Virus record (IMG/VR): IMGVR_UViG_3300044811_000050
DNA length: 64,000 bases
From: a virus
Reading direction: 5' to 3' (one strand)
In this document: piece by piece, positions 53,223 through 62,798 of the stretch
Numbering within the stretch: position 1 is the first letter of the stretch
How the letters are laid out: every line of letters begins with the position of its first letter
Program-made: the position numbers and the translations under genes
Notes under the pieces: generated by a model
The model's database searches: none
The model's input: the letters and a program-made list of their open reading frames with translations, nothing else
What the model was told of the DNA's origin: nothing

Positions 53223-53563
53223 TCGTTTGGCTGGTGGTACTCAGCGCGCTGTTGCTGGTGCTGGCCTATGGCTACGGGCGGGTGCTGGCGAGCACACGTC
53301 GCCTGACCCACTACGCGGACAGCTGGTCGAAACAGCACGAGCGGCAGCTGAACGAGCACACCACGTCGATCAGGCGGAATGGCGAGTCGATCGCCGGCCT
53401 GGACGCGGCCATGGAGATCCTGCTGGCGGCGATGCTGCGGACCGACCGCAAGACGCTGCGCGAGCAGCTGAAGGGGGCCCTCGGTGATTTCGACACCGGT
53501 CCCGAGGTCAACCTGAAACGCATTCGCACCAAGATCCGCGAGAACGAGCGGGGCGCCGGATGA
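53219..53563 (+). CDS. Membrane-anchored coiled-coil protein
   Basis: N-terminal TM helix, ATGA overlaps. Confidence 0.65.
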   Translation: MIVWLVVLSALLLVLAYGYGRVLASTRRLTHYADSWSKQHERQLNEHTTSIRRNGESIAGLDAAMEILLAAMLRTDRKTLREQLKGALGDFDTGPEVNLKRIRTKIRENERGAG

Positions 53564-53790
53564 GCATCATCTTCGGGCACGAGGGCGGTGAGTCGGGGCG
53601 ACCCTACGTGATCAGCACGGAGGGGATCACCTACGCGGAACTCGACCCGACCGCCACGCCGTGCACCAGCTGCGGTACCTCTTACGAGAACTGCCAGCTG
53701 GCGATTTACATGGCCGAGGTCGACCTGACTCGGGCCTGCTGCGACAACTGCGTGCTGAGCAACACGCACCCGCCCCAGGGAGGTGGCTAG
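53560..53790 (+). CDS. Small Cys-rich protein
   Basis: CTSC..C..CCDNC..H. Confidence 0.6.
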   Translation: MSIIFGHEGGESGRPYVISTEGITYAELDPTATPCTSCGTSYENCQLAIYMAEVDLTRACCDNCVLSNTHPPQGGG

Positions 53791-54244
53791 GTTGCCGACC
53801 CTCAAGTACTCCACCGCCGTACCGGTCGCCCGCACGGTCGGCGAGGTGCAGCAGATGCTCGCCGTGGCCGGCGCCGAGTCGGTGGCCGTGCGCTACGCCG
53901 ACAAGCGCCCGATCGGGCTGGGGTTCACCCTGAGCACCCCGCACGGGCCGCGCTCGTTCCTGCTGCCGGTGGACGTCGAAGCGGTGCACAAGCTGCTGCT
54001 GAACCAGGAGCGGGCCGGCGAGTTCAAGCGGGCCGCCCGGGGCGCCTACACCACCCCCGAGCATGCTGCCCGAGTGGCCTGGCGGGTACTGCGCGACTGG
54101 TTGGCCGCCCAGCTCGCAATGATCGAATCGCAGATGGCCAGCATTGATCAAATCATGCTCCCCTACCTGCTCACCGAGGGCGAGAAGACCTTGTATCAGC
54201 TCTACCGCGAGCGCGAAGCGCGGGCGATCGAAGGGGGCCCGTGA
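53783..54244 (+). CDS. Hypothetical phage protein
   Basis: GGAGGT RBS; HAARVAWRVLRDWLAAQLA..MLPYL. Confidence 0.75.
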   Translation: MARLPTLKYSTAVPVARTVGEVQQMLAVAGAESVAVRYADKRPIGLGFTLSTPHGPRSFLLPVDVEAVHKLLLNQERAGEFKRAARGAYTTPEHAARVAWRVLRDWLAAQLAMIESQMASIDQIMLPYLLTEGEKTLYQLYREREARAIEGGP

Positions 54245-54394
54245 TGGGGCTTGAGGGTGATTTCACCTCCGGGCTGGCGGCCGGCCGGCAGGAAGCGGCG
54301 GACCAGCTCCGCGAGCTGGCCGACGAGGCGGAAGAGACCGACCCGTCGCTGCCCACGCTCCTGGAGCGCATGCGCAAGCTCGCGGAGGCTCTCG

Positions 54395-54580
54395 ATGACT
54401 GAGGACAACTATCCCCGGGTCGAATGGCACGACGCCGATGATCCACGCACCGAACGGGATCATTCCGTACGTCATGTCGTCATCGGCCGGGACACGCCAC
54501 CAGACGTTGTCCGCCGGGTCGCCGAGGAGACGGGTTGCATCCCCCGCTTCTTTGACGAGATGGGCTCGCCTGATGACTGA
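54395..54580 (+). CDS. Small hypothetical protein
   Basis: GGAGG RBS. Confidence 0.5.
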   Translation: MTEDNYPRVEWHDADDPRTERDHSVRHVVIGRDTPPDVVRRVAEETGCIPRFFDEMGSPDD

Positions 54581-55142
54581 CGACGCGCGCTACCAGGAGC
54601 TGATCGACCAGGGACACCCCGAAAATGTTGCCCGGCATGTGGTCACGCGAGGGCTGACCGACCAGCAGGTGGGACTGATGGTGGCCGCCGGGTTGTTCCC
54701 TCGGCCGAGCCGGCGGCCGTTCCCCGACGAGCCGGCTGAGTTGCATGCCCGGGTGGCTGAGCTGGAGGCCGTTGTTGCCGGCGAGGAACAACGGAACGCT
54801 CAGCGCGACGCCGTCGCTGAGGTATCGGCGGCATATCGAGCCGAGTGGGGGCGTCTTCAGGCCCGGGTCGCCGAGTTGGAGGCGGCGCTGACCCACATCC
54901 TGGAGCTGATCGAGTATCAGGACCGCCCAGTCGCGCAGATCAAGATCCGTGCCCGTATGGCGCTGGCCAAGGGGAGAGCGGCCGTGAGTGACGAACTGAC
55001 CCGGTGCACCTGCGAGCCGAAGCCGACCGGTGAGGCCCCGGACGAGCCGGACTACGACTGCCCGGTGCACGGGGAGGGTCCGCCACCCAAGCGGGACCCG
55101 GCCAAGGACATACCGCTGATCAACGGGGAGCCGGCGTTCTGA
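54573..55142 (+). CDS. Hypothetical coiled-coil protein
   Basis: ARVAELEA repeated twice; C-terminal CTC..CPVHG. Confidence 0.6.
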   Translation: MTDDARYQELIDQGHPENVARHVVTRGLTDQQVGLMVAAGLFPRPSRRPFPDEPAELHARVAELEAVVAGEEQRNAQRDAVAEVSAAYRAEWGRLQARVAELEAALTHILELIEYQDRPVAQIKIRARMALAKGRAAVSDELTRCTCEPKPTGEAPDEPDYDCPVHGEGPPPKRDPAKDIPLINGEPAF

Positions 55143-55251
55143 TGACCATGGCGACCTGGGTGAGCTGCGTGGTGCCGCTGACGGCCGGCGGCACCGCGCT
55201 GGGTGTGTGGTTGGTGAGCAGGTCGTGAAGCCGACCAAGGAAGGTGACCCG

Positions 55252-55461
55252 ATGACCAAGCAGTACAAGACCCTCGCCGAGCAGCAGCAGCTGATGCGCG
55301 CCGCGCTGGTCATCCTGCGTACCCGCGAGCAGGACCGGATCACCCGGGGAATGCGCGCGTCGCTGACCTTCGCCATCGCCGATCACGAGGGTGCCGGCAA
55401 CCAATGTGGTGACTGCACGTCGGTGGAGACCGCGCGCAAGATCGTGGCGGGTGAGCTGTAG
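55252..55461 (+). CDS. Small hypothetical protein
   Basis: GGAAGGTG RBS. Confidence 0.55.
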   Translation: MTKQYKTLAEQQQLMRAALVILRTREQDRITRGMRASLTFAIADHEGAGNQCGDCTSVETARKIVAGEL

Positions 55462-55797
55462 ATGACCTGGTCACGTCGTGCTCAACGGGCGCTGGCGCCG
55501 CCCCCTCGGGACTCCTACGAGGTGGTGCCAGCCGAGCCCATCTACGACGCGGAGATCGTGGACAGCGGTGTGGTCGCGCTGCGTCCGCAGTACCTTCCCC
55601 GCCGCCCCGAAACGGTCGACGACGGCGGCATGGGCATCGTGTTCCCGTACCTGCGCTGCAAGGAGTGCGGGATGCAGGTCACCAACGTGACCAAGTTCGA
55701 GCTGGAGTGGTCCAAGCCCTGCCCGCTGTGCATCAAGTGCCCGGAGTGCCGGGACCTGTGCAAGTCGGATCAGGTCACCCACGGGTTCGAGGAGTGA
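55462..55797 (+). CDS. Zinc-finger hypothetical protein
   Basis: CKEC, CPLC, CPEC. Confidence 0.6.
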   Translation: MTWSRRAQRALAPPPRDSYEVVPAEPIYDAEIVDSGVVALRPQYLPRRPETVDDGGMGIVFPYLRCKECGMQVTNVTKFELEWSKPCPLCIKCPECRDLCKSDQVTHGFEE

Positions 55798-55923
55798 CGA
55801 CACCGTTGCGCCCCCGTCACACCTTGATCATGAACCCGGACAACAAACCCGTCACGCATACCTAGTTTTCTCGTTATCAGATGGTGAGTGATCACCTACC
55901 CCGACCGAATTGAGGCTCCCCAC

Positions 55924-56136
55924 ATGAGTGCTATCGACCTAGTCATAACCACCCGGCTCCCCGAGCTGCTGCAAGCCATGGTCAACGCCCTGCCCGAGGT
56001 GAGGTGCGAGGTGGTCCAGGGCAGCTTCGACGGCACCAAGTGCACGCTGCGGGTGCACACCAACACTCGCTTCGCGCACTACCGGATCGTTCAGCAGGGC
56101 TACGGGGACGTCCTGGAAGTGCGGCCGGCGGCATGA
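55924..56136 (+). CDS. Small hypothetical protein
   Basis: GAGG RBS. Confidence 0.55.
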   Translation: MSAIDLVITTRLPELLQAMVNALPEVRCEVVQGSFDGTKCTLRVHTNTRFAHYRIVQQGYGDVLEVRPAA

Positions 56137-56390
56137 GCCTCATCTACCGGGTCAGCCGCAAGGTCTCCCCCTGGATCTGGGTGCCCCTCGCCACGATCAC
56201 CATCGTGGTCAGCAGCTACGTGGGGGTCATGGCCACGCTGTACGTCACCGAGTCCCATGGCTGGTGGTGGCTCCCGCCCTGGATTTTCGGACTGGTGGGC
56301 GCGATCGTCGGCTACGCGGTGGCCGCGATCCTGATATTCGCTCCGCTGGGGATGTTGCGACGACGGAGGCAGGTCGATGAGCAGCGGTGA
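56133..56390 (+). CDS. 2-TM membrane protein
   Basis: ATGA overlap; two hydrophobic helices. Confidence 0.65.
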   Translation: MSLIYRVSRKVSPWIWVPLATITIVVSSYVGVMATLYVTESHGWWWLPPWIFGLVGAIVGYAVAAILIFAPLGMLRRRRQVDEQR

Positions 56391-56775
56391 CCAGGGCTGG
56401 GAGCAGCGCATGGCCGACCGGGCCAAGGAGCGCGAGCGGGTCCGCCGAGAGCGGGACCCCATCGAGCGCCGGGAGCGTTACGAGCGGCGCAACCCGGACC
56501 TGCTCTGGCTCAATGGCTATCCCCGGGACGACCTGCGGCATGCCTGGGTGGTCGGCACCCGCCGCTGCATCGGCTGCGGCTCCATCCAGGGCTGCGCGGC
56601 CTACGTGCTGGTGGAGGGTGCCGAGTATCCGCCGGAGCCCACCTGGCCGTTCACCCCGGATGCCTGCCCGGTGTGCCTGAGTTCGGAGCCCTGGACGATG
56701 CTCCAGGTCGACCTGGGCGAGCCCGGCTCGACCAGCTATCCCCGGACGGAGCTGCGGGAGCTGCGCGATGAGTAG
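56377..56775 (+). CDS. Hypothetical protein with CxxC pairs
   Basis: GGAGG RBS; CIGC, CPVC. Confidence 0.6.
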   Translation: MSSGDQGWEQRMADRAKERERVRRERDPIERRERYERRNPDLLWLNGYPRDDLRHAWVVGTRRCIGCGSIQGCAAYVLVEGAEYPPEPTWPFTPDACPVCLSSEPWTMLQVDLGEPGSTSYPRTELRELRDE

Positions 56776-56947
56776 TCGGTCAGGAGTGAAGCGCGCCGAC
56801 ACCCGGCCTGGCTACGCGTACTGGAAGGCCAAGCGGCCCGAGGAGTGTGTGGCGTGCCCGGACCCGATCGAGGTGGGCCAGGAGATCATGAAGGCCTATG
56901 CCGGCGGGTATGTGCACGTGATCTGTCCGCATTTGTCCCGCAGCTGA

Positions 56948-56989
56948 CTGACCGAAATGCTTCGTCCTGTCAGGGTGAGCTGCTACGGT
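56948..56989 (+). promoter_or_regulatory. Repeat promoter/operator element
   Basis: CTGAC-N16-GTCAG-N10-TACGGT, then CCGAACCGGAGG. Confidence 0.75.
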
Positions 56990-57046
56990 GGACCTGTTCA
57001 CCACGCACTCACTACCGACTCACCAGACCGAACCGGAGGTCTTCCG

Positions 57047-57193
57047 ATGACTAGGCGCGACAACGACAGGGCGCGCGGGCGCCTCTACCCCCAGTCCCTC
57101 GGCACCCGCTACGGCTGGCTGCTGATCCTCCTCAGCTGCCTGGCCATGGCCGTGGTGGGCGCGGTGGCGCTGCACGCGGCGGGTGTCAGGTGA
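57047..57193 (+). CDS. Small 1-TM protein
   Basis: Leader before ATG 57047. Confidence 0.6.
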   Translation: MTRRDNDRARGRLYPQSLGTRYGWLLILLSCLAMAVVGAVALHAAGVR

Positions 57194-57654
57194 ACGGCGG
57201 GAAGGCTGCGATGAATGAGCCCGAGTACGAGATCGACTTCTCCAGATTCCTGCCTCCTCGCATCGGCCGGGTCCGGGCAACCATCACGTTCGTCTCCATC
57301 TGGCTGGCCTCGGCGGCCATGGGGATGGGGCTGACCAATGTGTTCAACGCGCTCTTCCCCCAGCAGGGCCCGGAGGTGGGCGTGATCGTCACTCTGCTGG
57401 CCACCACGGCCAGCCTGTGGCTGCTGCTGTGGCTGATCGTGATGCGCCGGTGGTGGCGCGTTGACGACCCCAGCGGGACGGAGATCGCCGAGCGCAGGGC
57501 CGAGAGCATCAGGCGTGCTCAGGAGGCTCTCGACGCCGTCGAGTGGCGTAACCAGCTACAGCGACACGCGCTCCGGAAGCAGGGTCTCCTGCCGGCAGAC
57601 CCCGCCGCCGACGCCGCGTGGAAAGCCATGAACGACATCCCGAGGTTGCGATGA
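57190..57654 (+). CDS. 2-TM membrane protein
   Basis: Two hydrophobic segments. Confidence 0.65.
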   Translation: MNGGKAAMNEPEYEIDFSRFLPPRIGRVRATITFVSIWLASAAMGMGLTNVFNALFPQQGPEVGVIVTLLATTASLWLLLWLIVMRRWWRVDDPSGTEIAERRAESIRRAQEALDAVEWRNQLQRHALRKQGLLPADPAADAAWKAMNDIPRLR

Positions 57655-57860
57655 CCAGCGCGGTGATGACCTGCACCAAGGGGATGTACCGCCACGAGTC
57701 GCAGGCCCTGGCAGCCGGTTTCAGCGCGCGGCGACGCAACATCTCCCCTGGCTGGGGAATCACGGCCTACCGGTGCGATACCTGCCGGCTCAAGGACGAC
57801 AAGCGTGCCTGGCATTGGGGCCACAAGCGGCCGAAGCGGAAAGGCGGGAGACGTCGATGA
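57651..57860 (+). CDS. Small basic zinc-finger protein
   Basis: C.K..AYRCDTC..WHWGH. Confidence 0.65.
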   Translation: MTSAVMTCTKGMYRHESQALAAGFSARRRNISPGWGITAYRCDTCRLKDDKRAWHWGHKRPKRKGGRRR

Positions 57861-58144
57861 CGATCTTCTTGTGCGGCCAGGACGAGATCATCGGGAAGAA
57901 CCATTGCGTGGAATGTGACGGCTGGCTGGGCGCACACCCGATCGAGAACAACGGCTTCCGGTTCTGCGACGAGGACTGCATTGCCTCCTACCAGGCCAAC
58001 GCGTCCGCCATGTCGCGCGAGTCCCACGTGCACATGAGAGACCTGATGTGCGAGTGCAAGATCTGTACGGCCGCCGGCCACCCGACCGAGGCCGAGCGTG
58101 CCGAATGGGCCGCCTACCAGGCCCAGTACGGCAAAGACGCATGA
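57857..58144 (+). CDS. Cys-rich (TRASH-like) protein
   Basis: CVEC..FCDEDC, CECKIC. Confidence 0.65.
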   Translation: MTIFLCGQDEIIGKNHCVECDGWLGAHPIENNGFRFCDEDCIASYQANASAMSRESHVHMRDLMCECKICTAAGHPTEAERAEWAAYQAQYGKDA

Positions 58145-58686
58145 CCGGCGCGCCTACGCACGGGCACACCCGTGGTCCCGTTGGGGGCATACGGACGTCT
58201 CGCACCTACAACTCGTGGCTTGCGATGCGGCAGCGCTGCTACTACCCGAACCACGCGAAATACCCGAAGTACGGCGCGCGGGGGATCACGGTCTGCGATC
58301 GGTGGCTTGAGTCGTTCGACGCGTTCCTCACCGACATGGGTGAACGGCCTGAGGGTCGCACGCTTGATCGAATCGACAACGCCGGCAATTACGAGCCTGA
58401 TAACTGTCGGTGGGCAACGCCCGCTGAGCAGACCGCGAACCGCACCATGGTCCCGTTCGATCCGGCGACGCGGCCGGCAGACCCACTTGGGCACAAGTAC
58501 GCCGGTGCCAATCTGGCTAACCGCAGCAACGGGAGTCGTCGCTGCCAGGCGTGCTCGCGGGCCCGTGCCCGAGTTGATCGAGCACGTGCTCGCGGCATCA
58601 CGCTCGACTTTCGAACGGAGGCGCACCGCGCCTATATCGAGATCATGGGAGAGGAACCGCTCCCTAGCTCTAGCTCTACGATTTGA
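58141..58686 (+). CDS. HNH homing endonuclease
   Basis: TYNSWLAMRQRC..YGARGITVCDRW..TLDRIDNAGNYEPDNCRWAT; C-terminal GHKY..RRCQAC. Confidence 0.9.
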   Translation: MTGAPTHGHTRGPVGGIRTSRTYNSWLAMRQRCYYPNHAKYPKYGARGITVCDRWLESFDAFLTDMGERPEGRTLDRIDNAGNYEPDNCRWATPAEQTANRTMVPFDPATRPADPLGHKYAGANLANRSNGSRRCQACSRARARVDRARARGITLDFRTEAHRAYIEIMGEEPLPSSSSTI

Positions 58687-58720
58687 TCTCCCCTACGACC
58701 CACCTACGGAGGACCCAACC

Positions 58721-59005
58721 GTGAAGACCTGGAACCGCGCCCCCTACCAACCCACTCACCACGCCCGCCATGCCCGCAAGGTCGCGCCACCCGGCGGGCG
58801 GGAGATCGCGGTGTTCCTGGTCGCCGCCATCGTGCTGGTCACGGTGGCCATCGTGACCGCGATCCGGGTGGTGGACTGGCAGAACCCGCACGCGCTGCGC
58901 TTCGTGTTCGGCTGGCCCGGCCTGTGGCTGCTGCTGGCCGGCATGGCCACCGGCATGCTGTACCGGCGGGTGGCCCGTCACGCTGTGGCCCGGAGGGGCC
59001 GATGA
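58721..59005 (+). CDS. 2-TM membrane protein
   Basis: GGAGG RBS before GTG 58721. Confidence 0.65.
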   Translation: MKTWNRAPYQPTHHARHARKVAPPGGREIAVFLVAAIVLVTVAIVTAIRVVDWQNPHALRFVFGWPGLWLLLAGMATGMLYRRVARHAVARRGR

Positions 59006-59589
59006 ACGCGCCCTACGTGGACGTGGTGTTCGACGGGCCCCCTGGTGCCCAGTCGGGCCGGTTCATCGAAGCCGAGGACGAACACGGCTGCGGCACCCGG
59101 GCCGGCGAGTGGATTGACCGGGGCGACGGCACCTGGGCGCTGCGCATCCAGGTGCCCGTCGAAGAGAAGCTCCAGGCCGCCAGCGAGCTGCTCTCCTCCC
59201 GTAACGCTCTCCACGACGCCCTGAGCGGGCTCGTACGGCTCCTGCGCGGCCCGAAGACCGCAGAGCACCCGAAACGCCTGAACGAGGCTCTGGGGCACGC
59301 TGAGCGGGCGCTAGCGGCCAAATCGCTGCCCCCGGACACCGCCGTGACCCAGGTCATCGACGCCTGGCGGAGCATGCGGACCCATCCGTCCCGCCCGGTG
59401 CTCAGCTGCGCCCCGATACTGCGGCAGCTGCTGAACGAGCTGGTCGACCAGACCGACCAGCGGCCCGAGCCGGACGGCACCGTGTACGGCATCCGACCGC
59501 ACCTCCCGGTGACAGCGGAGGATGACGCGCGGATGAAGCGGCTCGCGGAGCAGTCGTGGCCGCAGGGGTCGGGTGAGTTCCGTCCGTGA
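59002..59589 (+). CDS. Hypothetical protein
   Basis: VVFDGPPGAQSGRFIEAED..GEWIDRGDGTWALRI N-terminal motif. Confidence 0.65.
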   Translation: MNAPYVDVVFDGPPGAQSGRFIEAEDEHGCGTRAGEWIDRGDGTWALRIQVPVEEKLQAASELLSSRNALHDALSGLVRLLRGPKTAEHPKRLNEALGHAERALAAKSLPPDTAVTQVIDAWRSMRTHPSRPVLSCAPILRQLLNELVDQTDQRPEPDGTVYGIRPHLPVTAEDDARMKRLAEQSWPQGSGEFRP

Positions 59590-59858
59590 GTCGCTCGGAC
59601 GGCAACGATCTCAAAGTGCTGGTCAAGCTGGCCAGCGAGCCGTCCCGGCTGTCCTGGCCGGTGGAGACGTTCATGCACCGCTCCGGCTTCGTGGTCGGCC
59701 TGCACGGCGGCGAGATCAAAAGCAACGGGGCCGGCGGCTACCGGGCCCTGATGCGCTGCGTGGCCGCCGGCTGGGCGGCCGAGGGCGCACCCGCCGAGTA
59801 CACCCTCACCCAGCGCGGCTACCGCGAGCTGGAGCGCCGCCGGCAGGCCGAGCCATGA
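59586..59858 (+). CDS. Small winged-helix-like protein
   Basis: AAGW..YTLTQRG wing pattern. Confidence 0.55.
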   Translation: MSRSDGNDLKVLVKLASEPSRLSWPVETFMHRSGFVVGLHGGEIKSNGAGGYRALMRCVAAGWAAEGAPAEYTLTQRGYRELERRRQAEP

Positions 59859-60051
59859 CCCACCGGACACCCGATGGCCGCCGACCCAGCGGCAAGCAGC
59901 TGGACTACCAGCGCGAACGGCTCCCCCGGGTCGACCCCGAAGCGAAGACCTGGCCGCTCCCCTGGCAGGCCTACGGCCTCGAACTTCAGCGCGCTCGACC
60001 GTGGACGCGCTGGGCACATCACCGACGAATGCGAAGGGCAGGGCGAACTTT

Positions 60052-60411
60052 ATGATCACTACCGAGCAGAATCAGCCGGAAGTCCCCTCTGATCAAATCA
60101 CCGAGTGGAGCGAGCTGGTCGACGCGGATGTCCGCTGGCGAGAGGCCACCCCTTGGGTGATGTCCGACGCCGCCGTGTACGCCTACCCCGGGCCCCGGAG
60201 TAACTCCCGGCTGACCTGCTACCGAGGGCGCGTCCTCGGCCTGGGTCGGATGGTCGGAGGTTTGCACTCGGGCCTGGGCTTGACCATCGACGTAGCCGCG
60301 CGGACCGCCGAGCCTCGGCTCTACACGATCCGGCTGGGCAGCATCGCCCGCATCGAGCCCTGGGATCCCGACCAGCAAGGGCCCGGCATCGACGAGGATT
60401 TCGCGCTGTGA
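60052..60411 (+). CDS. Hypothetical protein
   Basis: ORF coupled to the next gene. Confidence 0.55.
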   Translation: MITTEQNQPEVPSDQITEWSELVDADVRWREATPWVMSDAAVYAYPGPRSNSRLTCYRGRVLGLGRMVGGLHSGLGLTIDVAARTAEPRLYTIRLGSIARIEPWDPDQQGPGIDEDFAL

Positions 60412-60683
60412 CCAGGGAAGAAGTCGCCGGCTGGGTCAATGACATCGCCCGCTGGATCGAGAAGGGTGCCGCGCTGGTTCTCGGCGTGCTGGTGGTGGTC
60501 AGTCTGTATCGGGTGCTATCCGGAACGAGCTTGCGGGATGCCATTCCCTACCCGCAGGTCTGGTGGCCCATCGGCGTCGGTATCGGGATGACGCTCTTGC
60601 AGCTGATCATCAACCGCGTGTTCCCACCCGAGGAGGAGGGCCCGGAAACAATATCAACTGAGCAAAACGCGGAAAACCTCTGA
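60408..60683 (+). CDS. 2-TM membrane protein
   Basis: GAGG RBS; two hydrophobic helices. Confidence 0.65.
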   Translation: MTREEVAGWVNDIARWIEKGAALVLGVLVVVSLYRVLSGTSLRDAIPYPQVWWPIGVGIGMTLLQLIINRVFPPEEEGPETISTEQNAENL

Positions 60684-60763
60684 CCTGCGAAAAGAGACGC
60701 CTCTTCCCGGGGTCAGGACACCCACCTTCGAGGGGACAGCAAGATCATGATGGTGATCGTCTA

Positions 60764-61078
60764 GTGAGCTACCTCGTGCACGCTTTCCCGGTCTCTCTCG
60801 ACCCGGACAACCCGTGTTCGATCAGCCTGCCGAAGGGCGCGCGGATCGTCGGGGCGTACGGACCGGAGCATGGCGCCGGGCACGCCACCGCCCAGGTGGT
60901 GGCGCTGTCTTGCACGGAGAACCCGGGCGAGGAGCGACGTCGGTTCGTCGCCGTGAAGCTGGGCTCGACCATCGAGACGACCGTGCGCGCCGAGCGATTC
61001 CAGCTCATCGGGCTGGTGCACGCCATCCGACCAGGCGGGATCAGCCTGCCCTGGGTGATCATGGAGGTCAGCGCGTGA
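60764..61078 (+). CDS. Hypothetical protein
   Basis: ISLPKGARIV..ERRRFVAVKLG. Confidence 0.6.
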   Translation: MSYLVHAFPVSLDPDNPCSISLPKGARIVGAYGPEHGAGHATAQVVALSCTENPGEERRRFVAVKLGSTIETTVRAERFQLIGLVHAIRPGGISLPWVIMEVSA

Positions 61079-61422
61079 GTGACGAGCTACTGCGACGGGT
61101 GGTGCGTAAGCACGGCTCGGGAAAGATCCACGTGGTGGACGCGCCGCCCGGCACGTTCGGCCGGTACAAGTGGATCGGCCCGTGGTTCACCGGCATCGCG
61201 CTGCCGGTGGTCACCGTGTGCGGCGTCGAGCTGCGCGGCAAGGACAGCGTGGCGGTCTGCATGGAGGCCTACACGAGGATCGGCTGCTCGCCGTGCCGGC
61301 GGCTGAGCCAGATGGATCGGGCCGGCGACGACAACGGCGCGCTACCCGAGGGCCACCCGCTTCAGGGGGTGCCCGACCCACCGGACCGCCCCCGGCCGCC
61401 CGGGATGGGGAAGGCCCGGTGA
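61075..61422 (+). CDS. Hypothetical zinc-binding protein
   Basis: GGAGG RBS; H..CG..CSPC. Confidence 0.55.
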   Translation: MSDELLRRVVRKHGSGKIHVVDAPPGTFGRYKWIGPWFTGIALPVVTVCGVELRGKDSVAVCMEAYTRIGCSPCRRLSQMDRAGDDNGALPEGHPLQGVPDPPDRPRPPGMGKAR

Positions 61423-61649
61423 GTACGTCGCCGGACAAGAGCCGGTGGTCCACCCGCTACTACCGGAGCGAGTGCCCTGAGCTGGTGTTCACGATGAAGA
61501 CCAACGGGCCGGACGATCGGAAAGACCCACCGGAGGGCACCAGACTGCCGTGCGTGCTCAGCGAGCACGACGAGCACCCGCTACGGCGCATCTCGCCGGA
61601 GGAGTTCGCGCGACTCAGCGAGGACGACGACGAAGACGACGACGATTAG
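61419..61649 (+). CDS. Small protein with acidic tail
   Basis: GTGA overlap; C..C..H..H. Confidence 0.5.
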   Translation: MSTSPDKSRWSTRYYRSECPELVFTMKTNGPDDRKDPPEGTRLPCVLSEHDEHPLRRISPEEFARLSEDDDEDDDD

Positions 61650-61735
61650 AACCCTCCAACGCGCGCCCGCGCGTACACGCGCACGTGAGCGGAGACAACT
61701 TTGATTCGTATGGCTAACAACCGAGGAGGGAACCG

Positions 61736-62110
61736 ATGACCACTAAGATCAAATCGCCGTGTTGTGACGAGCGAGTGTGCCAACGCGAGCAGCCGATCAA
61801 GCTCTGGCGGGAGGCGGCGAAGGACGGCCAGCCGGCTCGTTGGTTCGCGGCGACCCAGTACATCGACCACGGGCCGGGCGCCGCGATCGAGCCGCTGCAA
61901 CGCCACCAGCTCGGCCAGGAGGACACCTGGCTGCTGGAGCTGGGCTGGCAGGCCTTCGCGGAGAAGGCGGCGGCCGAGCAGGCCAAGCAAGCGCCCGCCG
62001 CCCCACGCAAGCCCTCCAGCAACCCGCAGCTCAACATCGACCACCTGTCCGGGGAGCACCTGAGCCCGGTCGCGGGCTGCCCGCGCTGCTCGGCTGAAGC
62101 GCGGCCATGA
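61736..62110 (+). CDS. Hypothetical protein
   Basis: GAGGAGG RBS. Confidence 0.65.
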   Translation: MTTKIKSPCCDERVCQREQPIKLWREAAKDGQPARWFAATQYIDHGPGAAIEPLQRHQLGQEDTWLLELGWQAFAEKAAAEQAKQAPAAPRKPSSNPQLNIDHLSGEHLSPVAGCPRCSAEARP

Positions 62111-62307
62111 AGATCGTTCAGCCGGACATGCACAGCGTCCTGATCGAGCTGACCTTCCTGGAGGCGATCGGGCTCTACATGCTCTGCCTCGGCGTGGACA
62201 ACCCCGACACCAACCCCGACCGCCGCCCTGGCGATCTCCCGATCGGTGAGGCAGAGACGGTCCGTTCCGCCCTCCAGATCCGGCTGCGCGAGATCGTGGA
62301 GGCCTGA
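62107..62307 (+). CDS. Small hypothetical protein
   Basis: ATGA overlap. Confidence 0.55.
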   Translation: MKIVQPDMHSVLIELTFLEAIGLYMLCLGVDNPDTNPDRRPGDLPIGEAETVRSALQIRLREIVEA

Positions 62308-62315
62308 GGAGCGCC

Positions 62316-62798
62316 ATGACCGAGACAGAGCTGGGCCCGGCCATCCGGTCGGTGCACCGCCGGGCCACCCTGGTGCACGAGGGCGGCCACGCCGTGGTGC
62401 ACATGGCGTTGGGTAACCGGTTCGACCACGTGATCATCCTCGGGGACAAGTCCGGCCGGGTGAACGCCAACGAGGCCGAGTGGGACGCCAACGAGCCGGG
62501 CAAGGAGCGCGATTACGCGGTCGGCATCGCCGCCGGCCTGATCGCCGAGCTGCTCTGGCTGCGCGCGGCCCGGCACACGGAGCTGGAGGGGCTGGCTCGG
62601 GACGGCGCGGAGTGGGACGCCCACCTGTTGCGCTACTACGCCCGCCGGGGCGGCTTCGGGATCAATGCGGCGAAGGCCGAGGCGCACGACAAGGTCATCA
62701 AGAACTGGTCGGCGATCCTGCGCACCGCCGCCGTGCTGCACCGGGCGAAGACGATGGGGTACGGCCGGGTGCGGTCGGTGGCCGGGGCCGTGCGATGA
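62316..62798 (+). CDS. Stand-alone M41/FtsH-like zinc peptidase domain protein
   Basis: LVHEGGHAVV (HExxH), AAGLIAE, distal Asp. Confidence 0.75.
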   Translation: MTETELGPAIRSVHRRATLVHEGGHAVVHMALGNRFDHVIILGDKSGRVNANEAEWDANEPGKERDYAVGIAAGLIAELLWLRAARHTELEGLARDGAEWDAHLLRYYARRGGFGINAAKAEAHDKVIKNWSAILRTAAVLHRAKTMGYGRVRSVAGAVR

